DNA from: Pantoea sp.
Lineage (GTDB): Bacteria > Pseudomonadota > Gammaproteobacteria > Enterobacterales > Enterobacteriaceae
Direction: 5' to 3'
Assembly (NCBI RefSeq): GCF_039594315.1
Contig: NZ_JBCNNP010000018.1
Location: 8,389 to 72,388, forward strand
Length of the DNA stretch: 64,000 nt
Below, one piece after another: positions 10,640 to 22,568 of the stretch; the stretch's first letter is position 1; every line of letters begins with the position of its first letter. The notes below the pieces were generated by a model. The model had not been told where the DNA came from, did no database searches, and was given only the letters and a program-made list of their open reading frames with translations. The translations under genes were made by a program, and so were the position numbers.

Positions 10640-11062
10640 ATGGCATATGAAGCATTGCTGGAAGAACAGCGCGAAGAGACACGCCTGATCATTGAAGAGC
10701 TGCTGGAAGACGGCAGCGATCCCGATGCGCTTTACACTATTGAGCATCATCTCTCCTGCAATAACTTCGATTCACTGGAGAAGGTCGCGGTTGAAGCCTT
10801 CAAACTGGGCTTCGAAGTGAGCGAGCCAGAAGAGCTGGAGCTGGAAGAGGGCGGCACCGTGATGTGCGTAGATATCCTGAGTGAAGGCGCATTGAAGCCT
10901 GAGCTGATTGATGCGCAAGTCGAGCAACTGGTGAATCTGGCGGGTAAATTCAACGTCGATTACGACGGTTGGGGCACCTACTTCGAAGATCCAGACGCTG
11001 AAGATGAAGATGACGACGGTGATTTCATCGACGACGAAGAAGACGATGGTGTGCGTCACTAA
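10640..11062 (+). CDS. rraB: Regulator of ribonuclease activity B
   Basis: 140-aa ORF with [31 protein letters not shown] and an acidic C-terminal tail. Divergent from argI as in E. coli/Salmonella. Confidence 0.9.
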   Translation: MAYEALLEEQREETRLIIEELLEDGSDPDALYTIEHHLSCNNFDSLEKVAVEAFKLGFEVSEPEELELEEGGTVMCVDILSEGALKPELIDAQVEQLVNLAGKFNVDYDGWGTYFEDPDAEDEDDDGDFIDDEEDDGVRH

Positions 11063-11122
11063 GCATTAATGGGCGACGCTCGTCGCCCTGAAACGTTTCC
11101 CCGCAAGACAAAAAGATTGCCG

Positions 11123-11884
11123 ATGAATTACGCTCCGCTATTAGAACCCATTTACGCGTTCCTGCATTGCCGCACGCCGCAAGCGTGGATCGATGAAGCG
11201 CGCAAGCCAGAAAACCTCACGCTGTTGCTAACCGATCACATGGTGTGCGAGTTAAAAGCCGCGCAAACTGCCGTGTTCATCATCCGCAAATATGTGGCGG
11301 ATAAACCGAGTGGCGATGCCATTCTGGCGTGGCTCAAGCCGTACGAAGACTTTATTTATCGCGATGAGCCGGATAATAACTTCATCAACGCGCATAAGAA
11401 TCTGACCAAAAGCATCATTGTGCGCAACGAATTGCCGTGGGCGGATGATTTGGTTGAGATGATGGTGCTGCTGATTAAAGAAGAGCTGCATCATTTCTAT
11501 CAGGTTTGGGAAATCATGCAGTCGCGCGGTTTGCCGTACCGCAAAATCACCGCCAGCCGCTACGCCAAAGGCTTGATTCGTGAAATTCGCACTTACGAAC
11601 CGGAAGCGCTGGTGGATAAGTTGATCTGCGGTGCTTACATCGAAGCGCGATCCTGTGAACGTTTTGCTAGCCTGGCGCCGTATCTGGATGAGCAGTTGGA
11701 GAAATTCTACATTTCGCTGCTGCGTTCGGAAGCCCGGCATTATCAGGATTACCTGAAGCTGGCAGCACAGATTTCACCAACGGATATTGCGCCACGTGTG
11801 CGAGCCTTTGGCGAAGCCGAAGCGCGGTTGATTAGCGAAGCGGATGGTGAATTGCGTTTTCACAGCGGCGTGCCGGTTATTTAG
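11123..11884 (+). CDS. miaE: tRNA-(ms2io6A)-hydroxylase (non-heme diiron)
   Basis: ORF from MNYAPLLEPIYAFLHCRTP.. with ELKAAQ, EELHHF and EARH diiron-ligand motifs. Position near argI matches Salmonella miaE. I take the start at the ATG at 11123, not the ORF-track start at 11069. Confidence 0.85.
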   Translation: MNYAPLLEPIYAFLHCRTPQAWIDEARKPENLTLLLTDHMVCELKAAQTAVFIIRKYVADKPSGDAILAWLKPYEDFIYRDEPDNNFINAHKNLTKSIIVRNELPWADDLVEMMVLLIKEELHHFYQVWEIMQSRGLPYRKITASRYAKGLIREIRTYEPEALVDKLICGAYIEARSCERFASLAPYLDEQLEKFYISLLRSEARHYQDYLKLAAQISPTDIAPRVRAFGEAEARLISEADGELRFHSGVPVI

Positions 11885-11895
11885 ATTGGTGCGCG

Positions 11896-12020
11896 CTGTC
11901 CCTCATCCTAACCTTCTCCCGCAAGCGGGAGAAGGGATGAATAGGTGGCGTTCAGTTTTACATCTATGCTCGATCTGTCCCTTCGCCCACGCGTGGGAGA
12001 GGGCTAGGGTGAGGGGAAGC
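11896..12020. repeat. Two REP-like palindromic units (family A variants)
   Basis: CTGTCCCTCATCCTAACCTTCTCCCGCAAGCGGGAGAAGGGA and CTGTCCCTTCGCCCACGCGTGGGAGAGGGCTAGGGTGAGGGGAAGCG, in the miaE / GNAT intergenic region. Confidence 0.8.
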
Positions 12021-12031
12021 GACCTCAATCA

Positions 12032-12538
12032 TCACAACATCTTCAGCATCCGCACTTCGCAATCCACGTGTCCAGTACAACCCATCGCGCCTTCGATATG
12101 TTCAAATCCCAACGACTCATACAACTTAATCGCGCGCGTCAGGCTGCCGGTGGTTTCCAAATAGCAGCGGCGAAAGCCTTGCTGACGCGCATAATCCATC
12201 GCGCGCAGCGCCAGATCGCGTGCCAGACCTAAGCCGCGCACTTGCGGCAGGAAATACATCTTCTGCAACTCGCAAATATCCGCTGCGCTACAGGCCAGTG
12301 GCGCAACGCCGCCGCCGCCAACTACCACGCCGTCATGTTCAACAATCCAATAGGCGCTGTTGGTTTCGCTGTACAGTTCGAACAGGCGATCCAGATTGGG
12401 ATCGGAAACGGTATAGCCTTTATCCGCCGTCAGACCAAATTCGGCTGATACATCGCGGATCACTTTGGCAATCAAGGGATTATCAGCGGCTACAATCGGG
12501 CGAACTTGCAGATTAAGTGGCGTGACGGTGCTCATCAT
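12032..12538 (-). CDS. yjgM: GNAT family N-acetyltransferase (YjgM-like)
   Basis: 168-aa ORF with the acetyl-CoA binding motif ([18 protein letters not shown]). Synteny downstream of valS. Confidence 0.8.
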   Translation of the reverse strand: MMSTVTPLNLQVRPIVAADNPLIAKVIRDVSAEFGLTADKGYTVSDPNLDRLFELYSETNSAYWIVEHDGVVVGGGGVAPLACSAADICELQKMYFLPQVRGLGLARDLALRAMDYARQQGFRRCYLETTGSLTRAIKLYESLGFEHIEGAMGCTGHVDCEVRMLKML

Positions 12539-12550
12539 TATCTTCCGGTA

Positions 12551-12576
12551 TAAAAAAGCCGGGCAGTGCCCGGCTT
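12551..12576 (-). terminator. Rho-independent terminator after valS
   Basis: Minus strand reads AAGCCGGGCACTGCCCGGCTTTTTTA, 25 nt after the valS stop. Confidence 0.75.
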
Positions 12577-12601
12577 CGATTAAGCAGTTGGACTGAAGCG
12601 C

Positions 12602-15457
12602 TTACAATGCCGCAATCACGCCCTGCTGTTCAAACAGTTTTGCTTTTGATTGCTCAAGTTCAGCCACGCGCTCGCGCTCTTTCGCGACCACGGCTTCCGG
12701 CGCACGAGAAACAAAGCCTTCATTCGCCAGCTTGCTCTGGATCTTTTCGATTTCGACATCGAGTTTCACCAGCTCTTTCGCCAGACGCTCAAGCTCGGCT
12801 TCTTTGTTGACCAGATCCGCCATCGGGATCAGCAACTCCGCGCCTTCAACAATCTTGGTGACCGAAACCGGGCCTTTCTCGCCCGCAGGCAGAATGGTCA
12901 GGCTTTCCAGACGCGCCAGACGTGACAGGAAGGTACGGTTCTCTTCCACACGACGTTGCGCGGCCGCAGAGCAATCACGCAGCAGCACGTCGAGCGGCTT
13001 GCTTGGCGCGATATTCATTTCGGCACGAATGTTACGCACCGCGACGATCGCCTGCTTCATCCACTCGATATCAGCTTGCGCCTCGGCATCTTCTTTCGCC
13101 GCTTCATACTGCGGGAACGGTTGCAACATGATGGTATCGTGATCGATGTTTTTCAGTCCTTTCACACGCTGCCAGATGGTTTCAGTGATGTAAGGAATGA
13201 TCGGATGCGCCAAACGCAGCAATGCTTCCAGCACGGTGACCAGCGTATTACGCGTACCGCGCAGTTCCGCTTCGCTGCCGCTGTTCATTACCGGCTTGGT
13301 CAGCTCCAGATACCAGTCGCAGAACTGGTTCCAGGTGAAGTCGTACAGAATGTTGGCTGCGATATCAAAGCGATAGCTATCCAGCGCTTCACGATAGGCT
13401 TTCACACTGCGGTTGAATTCAGACAGAATCCAGCGATCTGCCAGCGACAGCTTCATCTCGCCGCCGTTCTGGCCGCAATCCTGCTCTTCGGTGTTCATCA
13501 GCACAAAGCGGCTGGCGTTCCACAGCTTGTTACAGAAGTTGCGATAACCTTCGAGGCGCTTCATATCCCAGTTGATGTCACGACCGGTGGAAGCCAGCGC
13601 GGCCAGCGTAAAGCGCAGCGCATCGGTACCCGATGGCACGATGCCGTCCGGGAATTGCTTCTCGGTACGTTTGCGGATTTTCTCTGCCAACTGCGGCTGC
13701 ATCATGTTGCCGGTACGCTTCTCCAGCAGATCTTCCAGCGAAATGCCGTCAATCATATCCAGCGGATCGATGACGTTGCCTTTCGATTTGGACATCTTCT
13801 GGCCTTCTTCATCGCGAATCAAACCGGTCATGTAGACGGTTTTGAACGGCACTTGCGGCTTGCCGTTTTCATCTTTGATGAAGTGCATGGTCAGCATGAT
13901 CATGCGCGCAATCCAGAAGAAGATGATGTCGAAGCCACTCACCAACACGCTGGTTGGATGGAAGGTACGCAGTGCTTCGGTGTTCTCTGGCCAGCCCAGC
14001 GTCGAGAAGGTCCACAGACCTGACGAGAACCAGGTGTCCAGCACGTCATCGTCCTGGCGCAATGCAACGTCAGCAGCCAGATTGTTTTCCTGGCGCACTT
14101 CGTCTTCGGTGCGGCCAACATAGACGTTGCCGTCATTGTCGTACCACGCCGGAATGCGGTGTCCCCACCACAGCTGACGTGAAATACACCAATCCTGAAT
14201 GTCACGCATCCAAGAGAAATACATGTTTTCGTACTGTTTTGGCACGAACTGGATGTCGCCGTTTTCTACCGCTTCAACCGCAACTTTCGCCAGCGGAGCG
14301 GTGCGCACATACCATTGATCGGTCAGCATTGGCTCGATCACCACGCCGCCACGATCACCGTAAGGCACGGTCAGATCGTGAGGTTTGATCTCTTCCAGCA
14401 GGCCAAGTTCGTCAACCGCTGCCACGATGGCTTTACGCGCCGCGAAACGCTCCATTTTCTGGAACTGAGCTGGGATGTCATCGGCACATTCGTCGCTGAC
14501 TTCGCCATTGGTATCGAACACTTCGGCGCGCTCGCGGATATCACCATCGAAGGTCAGGATGTTGATCATCGGCAGCTTGTGACGTCGACCAACTTCGTAG
14601 TCGTTGAAGTCATGCGCGGGGGTGATCTTCACGCAGCCGGTGCCTTTTTCCATATCGGCGTGTTCATCGCCGACGATCGGAATACGACGATTTACCAGCG
14701 GCAGAATCAGCTCTTTGCCGATCAAATCTTTGTAACGCGGATCTTCTGGATTGACCGCAACGCCGGTATCACCGAGCAGGGTTTCCGGACGCGTGGTAGC
14801 GACCACCAGATAATCTTTGCCTTCAGCGGTTTTCACGCCGTCGGCCAGCGGATAGCGGATGTGCCACATTGAGCCTTTGCTCTCGCGGTTTTCCACTTCC
14901 AAATCAGAGATAGCAGTACGCAGTTTTGGATCCCAGTTCACCAGGCGTTTGCCACGGTAAATCAGGTTCTCTTTGTACAGACGCACGAACACTTCGCGCA
15001 CCGCGTTCGACAGGCCATCGTCCATGGTGAAGCGCTCGCGCTCCCAGTCAACCGAGTTGCCGAGACGACGCATCTGGCGGGTAATGGTGCCGCCAGATTC
15101 GGCTTTCCACTGCCAGATTTTGTCGATGAAGGCATCGCGGCCGTAATCCTGACGCGTTTTGCCTTCTTCAGCAGCGATTTTGCGCTCAACAACCATTTGC
15201 GTGGCGATACCGGCGTGATCGGTACCCGCCTGCCACAAGGTGTTTTTACCCTGCATGCGCTGGTAGCGCACCATGGTGTCCATGATGGTCTGCTGGAAAG
15301 CGTGACCCATATGCAAGCTGCCGGTGACGTTCGGCGGCGGGATCATGATGCAAAAGCTTTCCTGGCTGGTGTCGCCATTCGGTTTAAAGTAGCCCTGCTG
15401 TTCCCAGTGCTCGTAGAGCGGCTGCTCGATATCTTGCGGGTTATATGTCTTTTCCAT
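12602..15457 (-). CDS. valS: Valine--tRNA ligase
   Basis: 951-aa ORF with the class I HIGH ([12 protein letters not shown]) and KMSKS motifs and a C-terminal coiled coil. Confidence 0.98.
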   Translation of the reverse strand: MEKTYNPQDIEQPLYEHWEQQGYFKPNGDTSQESFCIMIPPPNVTGSLHMGHAFQQTIMDTMVRYQRMQGKNTLWQAGTDHAGIATQMVVERKIAAEEGKTRQDYGRDAFIDKIWQWKAESGGTITRQMRRLGNSVDWERERFTMDDGLSNAVREVFVRLYKENLIYRGKRLVNWDPKLRTAISDLEVENRESKGSMWHIRYPLADGVKTAEGKDYLVVATTRPETLLGDTGVAVNPEDPRYKDLIGKELILPLVNRRIPIVGDEHADMEKGTGCVKITPAHDFNDYEVGRRHKLPMINILTFDGDIRERAEVFDTNGEVSDECADDIPAQFQKMERFAARKAIVAAVDELGLLEEIKPHDLTVPYGDRGGVVIEPMLTDQWYVRTAPLAKVAVEAVENGDIQFVPKQYENMYFSWMRDIQDWCISRQLWWGHRIPAWYDNDGNVYVGRTEDEVRQENNLAADVALRQDDDVLDTWFSSGLWTFSTLGWPENTEALRTFHPTSVLVSGFDIIFFWIARMIMLTMHFIKDENGKPQVPFKTVYMTGLIRDEEGQKMSKSKGNVIDPLDMIDGISLEDLLEKRTGNMMQPQLAEKIRKRTEKQFPDGIVPSGTDALRFTLAALASTGRDINWDMKRLEGYRNFCNKLWNASRFVLMNTEEQDCGQNGGEMKLSLADRWILSEFNRSVKAYREALDSYRFDIAANILYDFTWNQFCDWYLELTKPVMNSGSEAELRGTRNTLVTVLEALLRLAHPIIPYITETIWQRVKGLKNIDHDTIMLQPFPQYEAAKEDAEAQADIEWMKQAIVAVRNIRAEMNIAPSKPLDVLLRDCSAAAQRRVEENRTFLSRLARLESLTILPAGEKGPVSVTKIVEGAELLIPMADLVNKEAELERLAKELVKLDVEIEKIQSKLANEGFVSRAPEAVVAKERERVAELEQSKAKLFEQQGVIAAL

Positions 15458-15459
15458 TT

Positions 15460-15921
15460 CTACACTGTCGTTTGCGGCGGAGGTGGCGGCGCCGTATTCA
15501 ATTGGAAACCAACGCTGCGATAGGCTTTATAGCGATCGCGCGCCAGTTGTTTTAGGGATTCTTCGTAAGGTACGAAGTCTATCACTTCATGGAAACCAGT
15601 AGCAAAATCTGCGAACTGTGGCAGCAGGCTGATCAGCAAATCACGCGGTGAACTGCCGCGCCGCTGCGGCCAGGCCAATTCAACCGGTGCGCCGTAGCGT
15701 GGGCCTTCGCCTGCCAGATTATGCGGCACAAAAGCATTTGCTGGACGTTGCCACAGCGCTTCATCCAGCCGATTGGCTTGTTCTTCGTTTTCACAGGCAA
15801 TCAGGATGCGTTTGCCATCACGCCAGCGTGTTTCTGCCAGATCGCACACCAACGCTTCAACAGCGGATAAGCCGTCGCTGGCGCTTTCTGACTCCATCAC
15901 ATAGAAAGTGGCGTTTTTCAT
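15460..15921 (-). CDS. holC: DNA polymerase III subunit chi
   Basis: 153-aa ORF starting [10 protein letters not shown]. Located between pepA and valS as in E. coli. Confidence 0.9.
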   Translation of the reverse strand: MKNATFYVMESESASDGLSAVEALVCDLAETRWRDGKRILIACENEEQANRLDEALWQRPANAFVPHNLAGEGPRYGAPVELAWPQRRGSSPRDLLISLLPQFADFATGFHEVIDFVPYEESLKQLARDRYKAYRSVGFQLNTAPPPPPQTTV

Positions 15922-15940
15922 AGAAACCTACATATGGCAG

Positions 15941-15985
15941 CGTCTCCTTCCCCCGCGAGCGGGGGAAGGCCGGGATGGGGGACAG
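15941..15985. repeat. REP-like palindromic unit (family A)
   Basis: CGTCTCCTTCCCCCGCGAGCGGGGGAAGGCCGGGATGGGGGACAG is close to the reverse complement of the unit at 7208-7250. Confidence 0.85.
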
Positions 15986-15996
15986 CAAACTCAGGA

Positions 15997-17523
<1,527 letters not shown>

Positions 17524-17776
17524 TTAAAGACAACGGCCTTGGCTGTCGTTAGAATGTAGCGCGTTCGTAACCCATTAATTCGTTGCGACGCCATGACAAT
17601 TCAACGCCGGTAGTCATAATGAGTTGTGGTGACAATATGTTGTTTTTTCACCACGCTAACGCGTTCGTCATACTATTTTAGCTACGATGACGGCCATTGA
17701 TGAAGAAAAATGGCTGATAAGCGTTGAAACTAGCGATTTTCCTGCAAAAAGACAAGTTATCACAGGCGTACTAAGC

Positions 17777-18877
17777 GTGATCATCATTAGATATCTGGTT
17801 CGGGAAACGCTCAAAAGCCAGCTGGCTATCCTCTTCATCCTGCTACTGATCTTCTTTTGTCAGAAGTTAGTGCGGATATTGGGAGCTGCGGTGGATGGCG
17901 AGATCCCAACAAACTTAGTTCTGACATTGTTAGGACTTGGCGTGCCTGAAATGGCACAACTTATCCTGCCCCTAAGCCTGTTTCTGGCGATTTTAATGAC
18001 CCTTGGGCGGCTGTACACCGAAAGTGAAATCACGGTGATGCATGCCTGCGGCTTGGGTAAAAGCGTGCTGATTAAAGCCGCGATGATCCTGATGTTGCTG
18101 ACTTCAGCCGTCGCAGCCATCAACGTCATTTGGTTAGGGCCATGGTCATCGCGTTATCAAGACGAAGTAACGCAAAATGCCAAAGCCAACCCTGGCGCAG
18201 CCGCGTTGGCGGCGGGCCAATTCCAAACCTCCAGCGACGGCAATGCCGTGTTGTTTGTTGAGAATGTCAAAGGCAACACCTTCGGGCACGTGTTCCTGGC
18301 GCAGTTGCGTCCGAAAGGCAACGCACGTCCTTCGGTGGTGCTGGCCGACAGCGGTCACATGGAGCAGCGCAAAGATGGCTCACAAGTGGTGACGCTGGAT
18401 AAAGGCACACGCTTTGAAGGCACCGCGATGCTGCGTGACTTCCGCATCACCGACTTCGTTAACTATCAGGCGCTGGTGGGCTACAAAGAAGCCACGCTCG
18501 ATCCAAACGATGCCGATCAGGCCGATATCAGCACCTTGATTCAAAACAAAACGCCGCAGTTCCAGGCGGAGTTGCATTGGCGCTTAACGCTGGTGTTTGC
18601 GGTGTTGGTGATGGCGTTGATGGTGGTGCCGCTCAGCGTGGTGAATCCGCGTCAGGGTCGCGTACTATCGATGTTGCCGGCGATGTTGCTGTATCTGATC
18701 TTCTTCTTACTACAGAGTTCGTTGCGTTCCAACGCAGCGAAAGGCCGCTTTGATCCCGCCATCTGGATGTGGGTGGTGAACTTCGCCTATCTGGCGCTGG
18801 CTGTACTGCTGAACCTGTGGGATACGGTGCCGATGCGTCGCATTCGCGCGCGTTTCACCCGTGGAGGATCGGTCTGA
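17777..18877 (+). CDS. lptF: LPS export ABC transporter permease LptF
   Basis: From the GTG at 17777 the protein begins VIIIRYLVRETLKSQLAILFILLLIFFCQKLVRILG, nearly identical to the E. coli LptF N-terminus I recall. The upstream part of the ORF-track frame (from 17687) is probably not translated. Confidence 0.93.
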   Translation: MIIIRYLVRETLKSQLAILFILLLIFFCQKLVRILGAAVDGEIPTNLVLTLLGLGVPEMAQLILPLSLFLAILMTLGRLYTESEITVMHACGLGKSVLIKAAMILMLLTSAVAAINVIWLGPWSSRYQDEVTQNAKANPGAAALAAGQFQTSSDGNAVLFVENVKGNTFGHVFLAQLRPKGNARPSVVLADSGHMEQRKDGSQVVTLDKGTRFEGTAMLRDFRITDFVNYQALVGYKEATLDPNDADQADISTLIQNKTPQFQAELHWRLTLVFAVLVMALMVVPLSVVNPRQGRVLSMLPAMLLYLIFFLLQSSLRSNAAKGRFDPAIWMWVVNFAYLALAVLLNLWDTVPMRRIRARFTRGGSV

Positions 18878-19953
18878 TGTTTAAGGTTCTTGACCGCTAT
18901 ATCGGCAAAACCATCTTCAACACCATCATGCTAACGCTGTTCATGTTGGTGTCGCTATCGGGGATTATCAAATTCGTCGATCAGCTACGTAAAACCGGGC
19001 AGGGTGCGTATACCGCACTGGATGCGGGTTACTACACGCTGCTCAGCGTGCCGAAAGATATCGAAATCTTCTTCCCGATGGCGGCATTGTTGGGCGCGCT
19101 GCTCGGTTTGGGTACGCTGGCGCAACGCAGTGAATTGGTGGTGATGCAAGCCTCGGGTTTCACCCGCATGCAGGTGGCGTTTGCGGTGATGAAAACCGCG
19201 ATCCCTTTGGTGCTGCTGACCATGGCGGTGGGCGAGTTTGTTGCGCCGCAAGGTGAGCAAATGGCGCGTAACTACCGTGCGCAGCAGCTGTACGGCGGAT
19301 CGCTGGTCTCGACGCAAAACGGTTTGTGGGCGAAGGACGGCAACAGCTTCATCTACATCGAGCGCATCAAAGGCGACAACGAAATTGATGGCGTTAGCAT
19401 CTACAACTTCAATGATCAGCGACGTTTGTTGAGCGTGCGTTACGCCGCGACAGCCACGTGGAATGCGGATAAGAAGTCGTGGGCGCTGTCGCAGGTGGAT
19501 GAGTCTGACCTGCAAGACGCGAAGCAAATTACCGGTTCGCAGAGCCTGAGCGGAGAATGGAAAACCAATCTCACGCCAGACAAGCTCGGCGTGGTGGCAC
19601 TGGACCCGGATGCGTTGTCGATCAGCGGTCTGTATAACTACAGCAAATATCTCAAGCAGAGCGGCCAGGTTTCCGGGCGTTATCAGCTGAATATGTGGAG
19701 CAAAATCTTCCAGCCGCTGTCGGTGGCGGTGATGATGCTGATGGCGCTGTCGTTTATCTTTGGTCCGCTGCGTAGCGTATCAATGGGCGTGCGCGTGGTG
19801 ACGGGGATTAGTTTTGGCTTCTTGTTCTACGTGCTGGATCAGATCTTTGGCCCGCTGAGTTTGGTTTACGGCATTCCGCCGGTGCTGGGCGCGATTCTGC
19901 CAAGCGGCGCGTTTTTCGCTATCAGTTTGTTCTTGCTGCTGAAACGCCGTTAA
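18877..19953 (+). CDS. lptG: LPS export ABC transporter permease LptG
   Basis: The ATG at 18877 overlaps the lptF TGA (TGATG). The protein begins MFKVLDRYIGKTIFNTIM. Confidence 0.93.
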   Translation: MFKVLDRYIGKTIFNTIMLTLFMLVSLSGIIKFVDQLRKTGQGAYTALDAGYYTLLSVPKDIEIFFPMAALLGALLGLGTLAQRSELVVMQASGFTRMQVAFAVMKTAIPLVLLTMAVGEFVAPQGEQMARNYRAQQLYGGSLVSTQNGLWAKDGNSFIYIERIKGDNEIDGVSIYNFNDQRRLLSVRYAATATWNADKKSWALSQVDESDLQDAKQITGSQSLSGEWKTNLTPDKLGVVALDPDALSISGLYNYSKYLKQSGQVSGRYQLNMWSKIFQPLSVAVMMLMALSFIFGPLRSVSMGVRVVTGISFGFLFYVLDQIFGPLSLVYGIPPVLGAILPSGAFFAISLFLLLKRR

Positions 19954-19961
19954 TCTCTGAT

Positions 19962-19988
19962 GGTCGCCATTCATGGCGACCTTTTCAA
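19962..19988 (+). terminator. Terminator hairpin after lptG (20-nt hairpin family, copy 2)
   Basis: GGTCGCCATTCATGGCGACC followed by TTTTC. Same hairpin as 733-752. Confidence 0.65.
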
Positions 19989-20005
19989 TTTCCGCACTCC
20001 ATTAT

Positions 20006-20767
20006 TCAATCTTCTACCGTCACCAACGCAATGCCCGCCTGCTGCCAGGCTTCTGCGTCTTCCGGCAACGCATCCATCACCAACATATCCACCTGATCGC
20101 TACGTGCGAATTGTGCCAGCGAGGTGTTGCCTAACTTGCTGCTGTCGCACACCACAATCACCTGGCTAGCGTGTTCGATAATCGTGCGTTTACTTTCCGC
20201 CAGCATGATGTCAGCGACGCAGGCACCTTGCTTAAGCGAAATGCCGTTGACCGCCATAAAGGCTTTATCGACATTGAGATGATCCATCATTTGCCCGCCC
20301 GCAGCGGGAATCACGCAGTGATAGCCCTTTTTCACCATGCCGCCAAGCAGCACCAGCTGGATGCCGCTGGCTTCTTCCAATACGCGCGCAATGGCGAAAT
20401 CGTTGGTAATCACGGTGAGATTTTTACGTTCACGCAGATGATGCGCGATGTGCAGCGTGGTGGTGCCGGTATCTAAAACGATGATGTCGCCGTCTTCCAC
20501 CAACTGCGCGGCACGTTCGCCGACACGCGCTTTGGCATCAATATTGAGGCTTTGGCGCAGCTCAGAACCGATCTCAAAGCTGGCGCGGGTACGTAAAATC
20601 GCGCCGCCGTGGGTGCGCGTGAGCTGGCCGGACTCCTCCATCAAACGCAGATCGGTGCGAATGGTGGCCCCCGAAACGTTGAAGTGCTCACTCATTTCGC
20701 CAACCGAGATTTTGCGTTTCTCTTTCAGGATGGCGAGGATTTTTTCTTGTCTTTCCTCTAGATACAT
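20006..20767 (-). CDS. DeoR family transcriptional regulator
   Basis: 253-aa ORF with an N-terminal HTH (RQEKILAILKEKRKISVGEMSEHFNVSGATIRTDLRLME) and a DeoR C-terminal sensor domain. Confidence 0.9.
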   Translation of the reverse strand: MYLEERQEKILAILKEKRKISVGEMSEHFNVSGATIRTDLRLMEESGQLTRTHGGAILRTRASFEIGSELRQSLNIDAKARVGERAAQLVEDGDIIVLDTGTTTLHIAHHLRERKNLTVITNDFAIARVLEEASGIQLVLLGGMVKKGYHCVIPAAGGQMMDHLNVDKAFMAVNGISLKQGACVADIMLAESKRTIIEHASQVIVVCDSSKLGNTSLAQFARSDQVDMLVMDALPEDAEAWQQAGIALVTVED

Positions 20768-20844
20768 ATCGGCCTCGAACGGGGGGAAACTGCCACACTC
20801 TAGCGCAGCTTCCGGGCGGCGTGAACTCCGCCCGGATAATTCAC

Positions 20845-21237
20845 TTAGCGGGGAAGGGGTTGCAGAAACTCGACGCGCTCGCCATCGGGACCGGCAATCA
20901 TAAAGTAGCGGCTACCCGCAGGATGATCGCACGGGCCTTCAACCAGCGGATAACCCAGCGCGTTCACCCAACTTTCGCAGGCAACCAGATTGTCCACTTG
21001 CCACGCCAGATGATCAATGCCGCTGTCTTCAGCGAGGCGCGCATCGGTTTGCCACGGCAGTTGATACAGCTCCAGCACGATGCCTTGCTGCTGTAAAAAC
21101 TGCACCAGAATAGTTCCGCGTGGTTCTTCAATCTCCAGATGGCGCTGCGGCTCAAATCCCAAAGACTGATAAAAGTCGCGTGACGCGGCGATGTTTTGCG
21201 TGCGTAAGCCGATGTGTGCTAACGATTTAATCATCAT
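20845..21237 (-). CDS. VOC (glyoxalase/bleomycin resistance/dioxygenase) family protein
   Basis: MMIKSLAHIGLRTQNIAASRDFYQSLGF.. has a typical VOC fold N-terminus. The ATG at 21237 overlaps the TAA of the upstream transporter gene by 1 nt. Confidence 0.75.
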   Translation of the reverse strand: MMIKSLAHIGLRTQNIAASRDFYQSLGFEPQRHLEIEEPRGTILVQFLQQQGIVLELYQLPWQTDARLAEDSGIDHLAWQVDNLVACESWVNALGYPLVEGPCDHPAGSRYFMIAGPDGERVEFLQPLPR

Positions 21238-22568
21238 TACACTCCTTTGCGCTGGCACCAGAAACCGAAGAAGGCGACATAGATGAAGCACACCAGCGGG
21301 ATAACAAAGGCGAACTGCATATCGCCGCCGTTCATATCCGACATAATGCCCATCACCAACGGAATCACCGCGCCGCCGATAATTGACATCACCACGATAG
21401 AACCCGCCAACTGGGTTTCAGCGCCCATGCCTTTGATGGTTAAACCAAAGTTGGTTGGCCAGCACAGCGCCATGCAGAAGTTCACCGCCATAATCGCGAC
21501 TACCGCCGCCATACTTTTCTCGCTCACCGCAAACAACAACAGCGCGACACAGATAGAGCAGAAAATACCGAGCAGCAGCGCAGGGCTATAGCGTTTCATC
21601 AGCGCGGTGGTCACCACTTTACCGGCTGAATAGCACAGCAGCGTGGCGATCAACCACCATGTGGCGGAGTGCTCGCTGGTGCCGTGTTCAATCAGCTGCA
21701 CAAAGCGAATAGTGAAGCTCCACAGACCGACTTGTGCGCCAACGTAGAGGAACTGCGACAGCACGCCCATGCGGAAACGCGGTATCGCCCACAGTTTTTT
21801 CAGCGATTGGCCCAACGGCACTTTTGGCGCGTCGTCTTTGGCCGCCGGTTTACAGGCCGGGAATTTCACCGCGACAAACACCAGCGCCAGCACCACCAGA
21901 ATCGAACCGATAATCAAGTACGGCGTCACCACTTGCGACACCATTTGCTGGCGAATGCCATCCGCCACTTCCACTGGCAACGCCGCCAGTTGGTCATGCG
22001 TCAAATCGTCTTTGTTGAAGATCAGCTGCTGACCAATCACCACACCCATGATCACGCCGACCGAGTTGAAAATCTGCGAGAAGTTGATGCGTTGGGTTGA
22101 GGTTTCCGCGGTGCCAAGCAGGCTCGAATAGGTGTTCGCCGAAGTTTCGAGGAACGATAATCCGCTGGCGATCACGCCTAAGCAACCGAGAAACGCCGCG
22201 TAAGTCATCACGTGCGCGGCCGGGATAAACAGGAAGCAGCCCGCAGCGTATAAACACAGGCCGATGATAATCGCCACTTTGTATGAATAACGTTTGATCA
22301 CCGCAGCAGCAGGCAAGGCAACGAGGAAGTAGCCGAGGAAAAAGATCGACTGCACCAGCGCGGTTTGCGTATCGCTGAGGTTAAAGCCCTTTTTGAACTG
22401 GGCGATCAGGATGTCATTCAGGTTGCCCGCCATGCCCCACAGGGCAAACAGGCAGCACACCATCAGCAGTTGCAGCCACGGCGTGGCGGGTAAATAAGCA
22501 CTGCGATCCAGTGTTTCGCCGTGTGCACCGGCGACTTCATCCTGCTTTTTAATGGTTATTTCGCTCAT
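21237..22568 (-). CDS. MFS sugar:H+ symporter, L-fucose permease (FucP/DeoP)-like
   Basis: 443-aa ORF with about 12 TM segments. The N-terminal region (LFALWGMAGNLNDILIAQFKKGFNLSDTQTALVQSIFFLGYF) resembles the FucP family. Confidence 0.8.
   Translation of the reverse strand: MSEITIKKQDEVAGAHGETLDRSAYLPATPWLQLLMVCCLFALWGMAGNLNDILIAQFKKGFNLSDTQTALVQSIFFLGYFLVALPAAAVIKRYSYKVAIIIGLCLYAAGCFLFIPAAHVMTYAAFLGCLGVIASGLSFLETSANTYSSLLGTAETSTQRINFSQIFNSVGVIMGVVIGQQLIFNKDDLTHDQLAALPVEVADGIRQQMVSQVVTPYLIIGSILVVLALVFVAVKFPACKPAAKDDAPKVPLGQSLKKLWAIPRFRMGVLSQFLYVGAQVGLWSFTIRFVQLIEHGTSEHSATWWLIATLLCYSAGKVVTTALMKRYSPALLLGIFCSICVALLLFAVSEKSMAAVVAIMAVNFCMALCWPTNFGLTIKGMGAETQLAGSIVVMSIIGGAVIPLVMGIMSDMNGGDMQFAFVIPLVCFIYVAFFGFWCQRKGV

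Noticed and set aside
12956-14023. 355-aa ORF antisense to valS, plus several shorter ones between 12607 and 15523
   Set aside because: It is embedded in the valS coding region on the opposite strand. Long antisense ORFs are expected in GC-rich, codon-biased genes. It has no start context and no family resemblance.
17687-17776. N-terminal extensions in the ORF track for lptF (17687), lptG (18769), flhA (46374), fliF (50921), fliI (54337), miaE (11069), the VOC gene (21291), the azoR-like gene (36690), the MarC-family gene (34721), flhE (44203) and the DUF1090-like gene (43222)
   Set aside because: In each case an internal start reproduces the conserved family N-terminus, gives stop/start coupling with the upstream gene, or both. 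The extensions overlap upstream genes or intergenic DNA.
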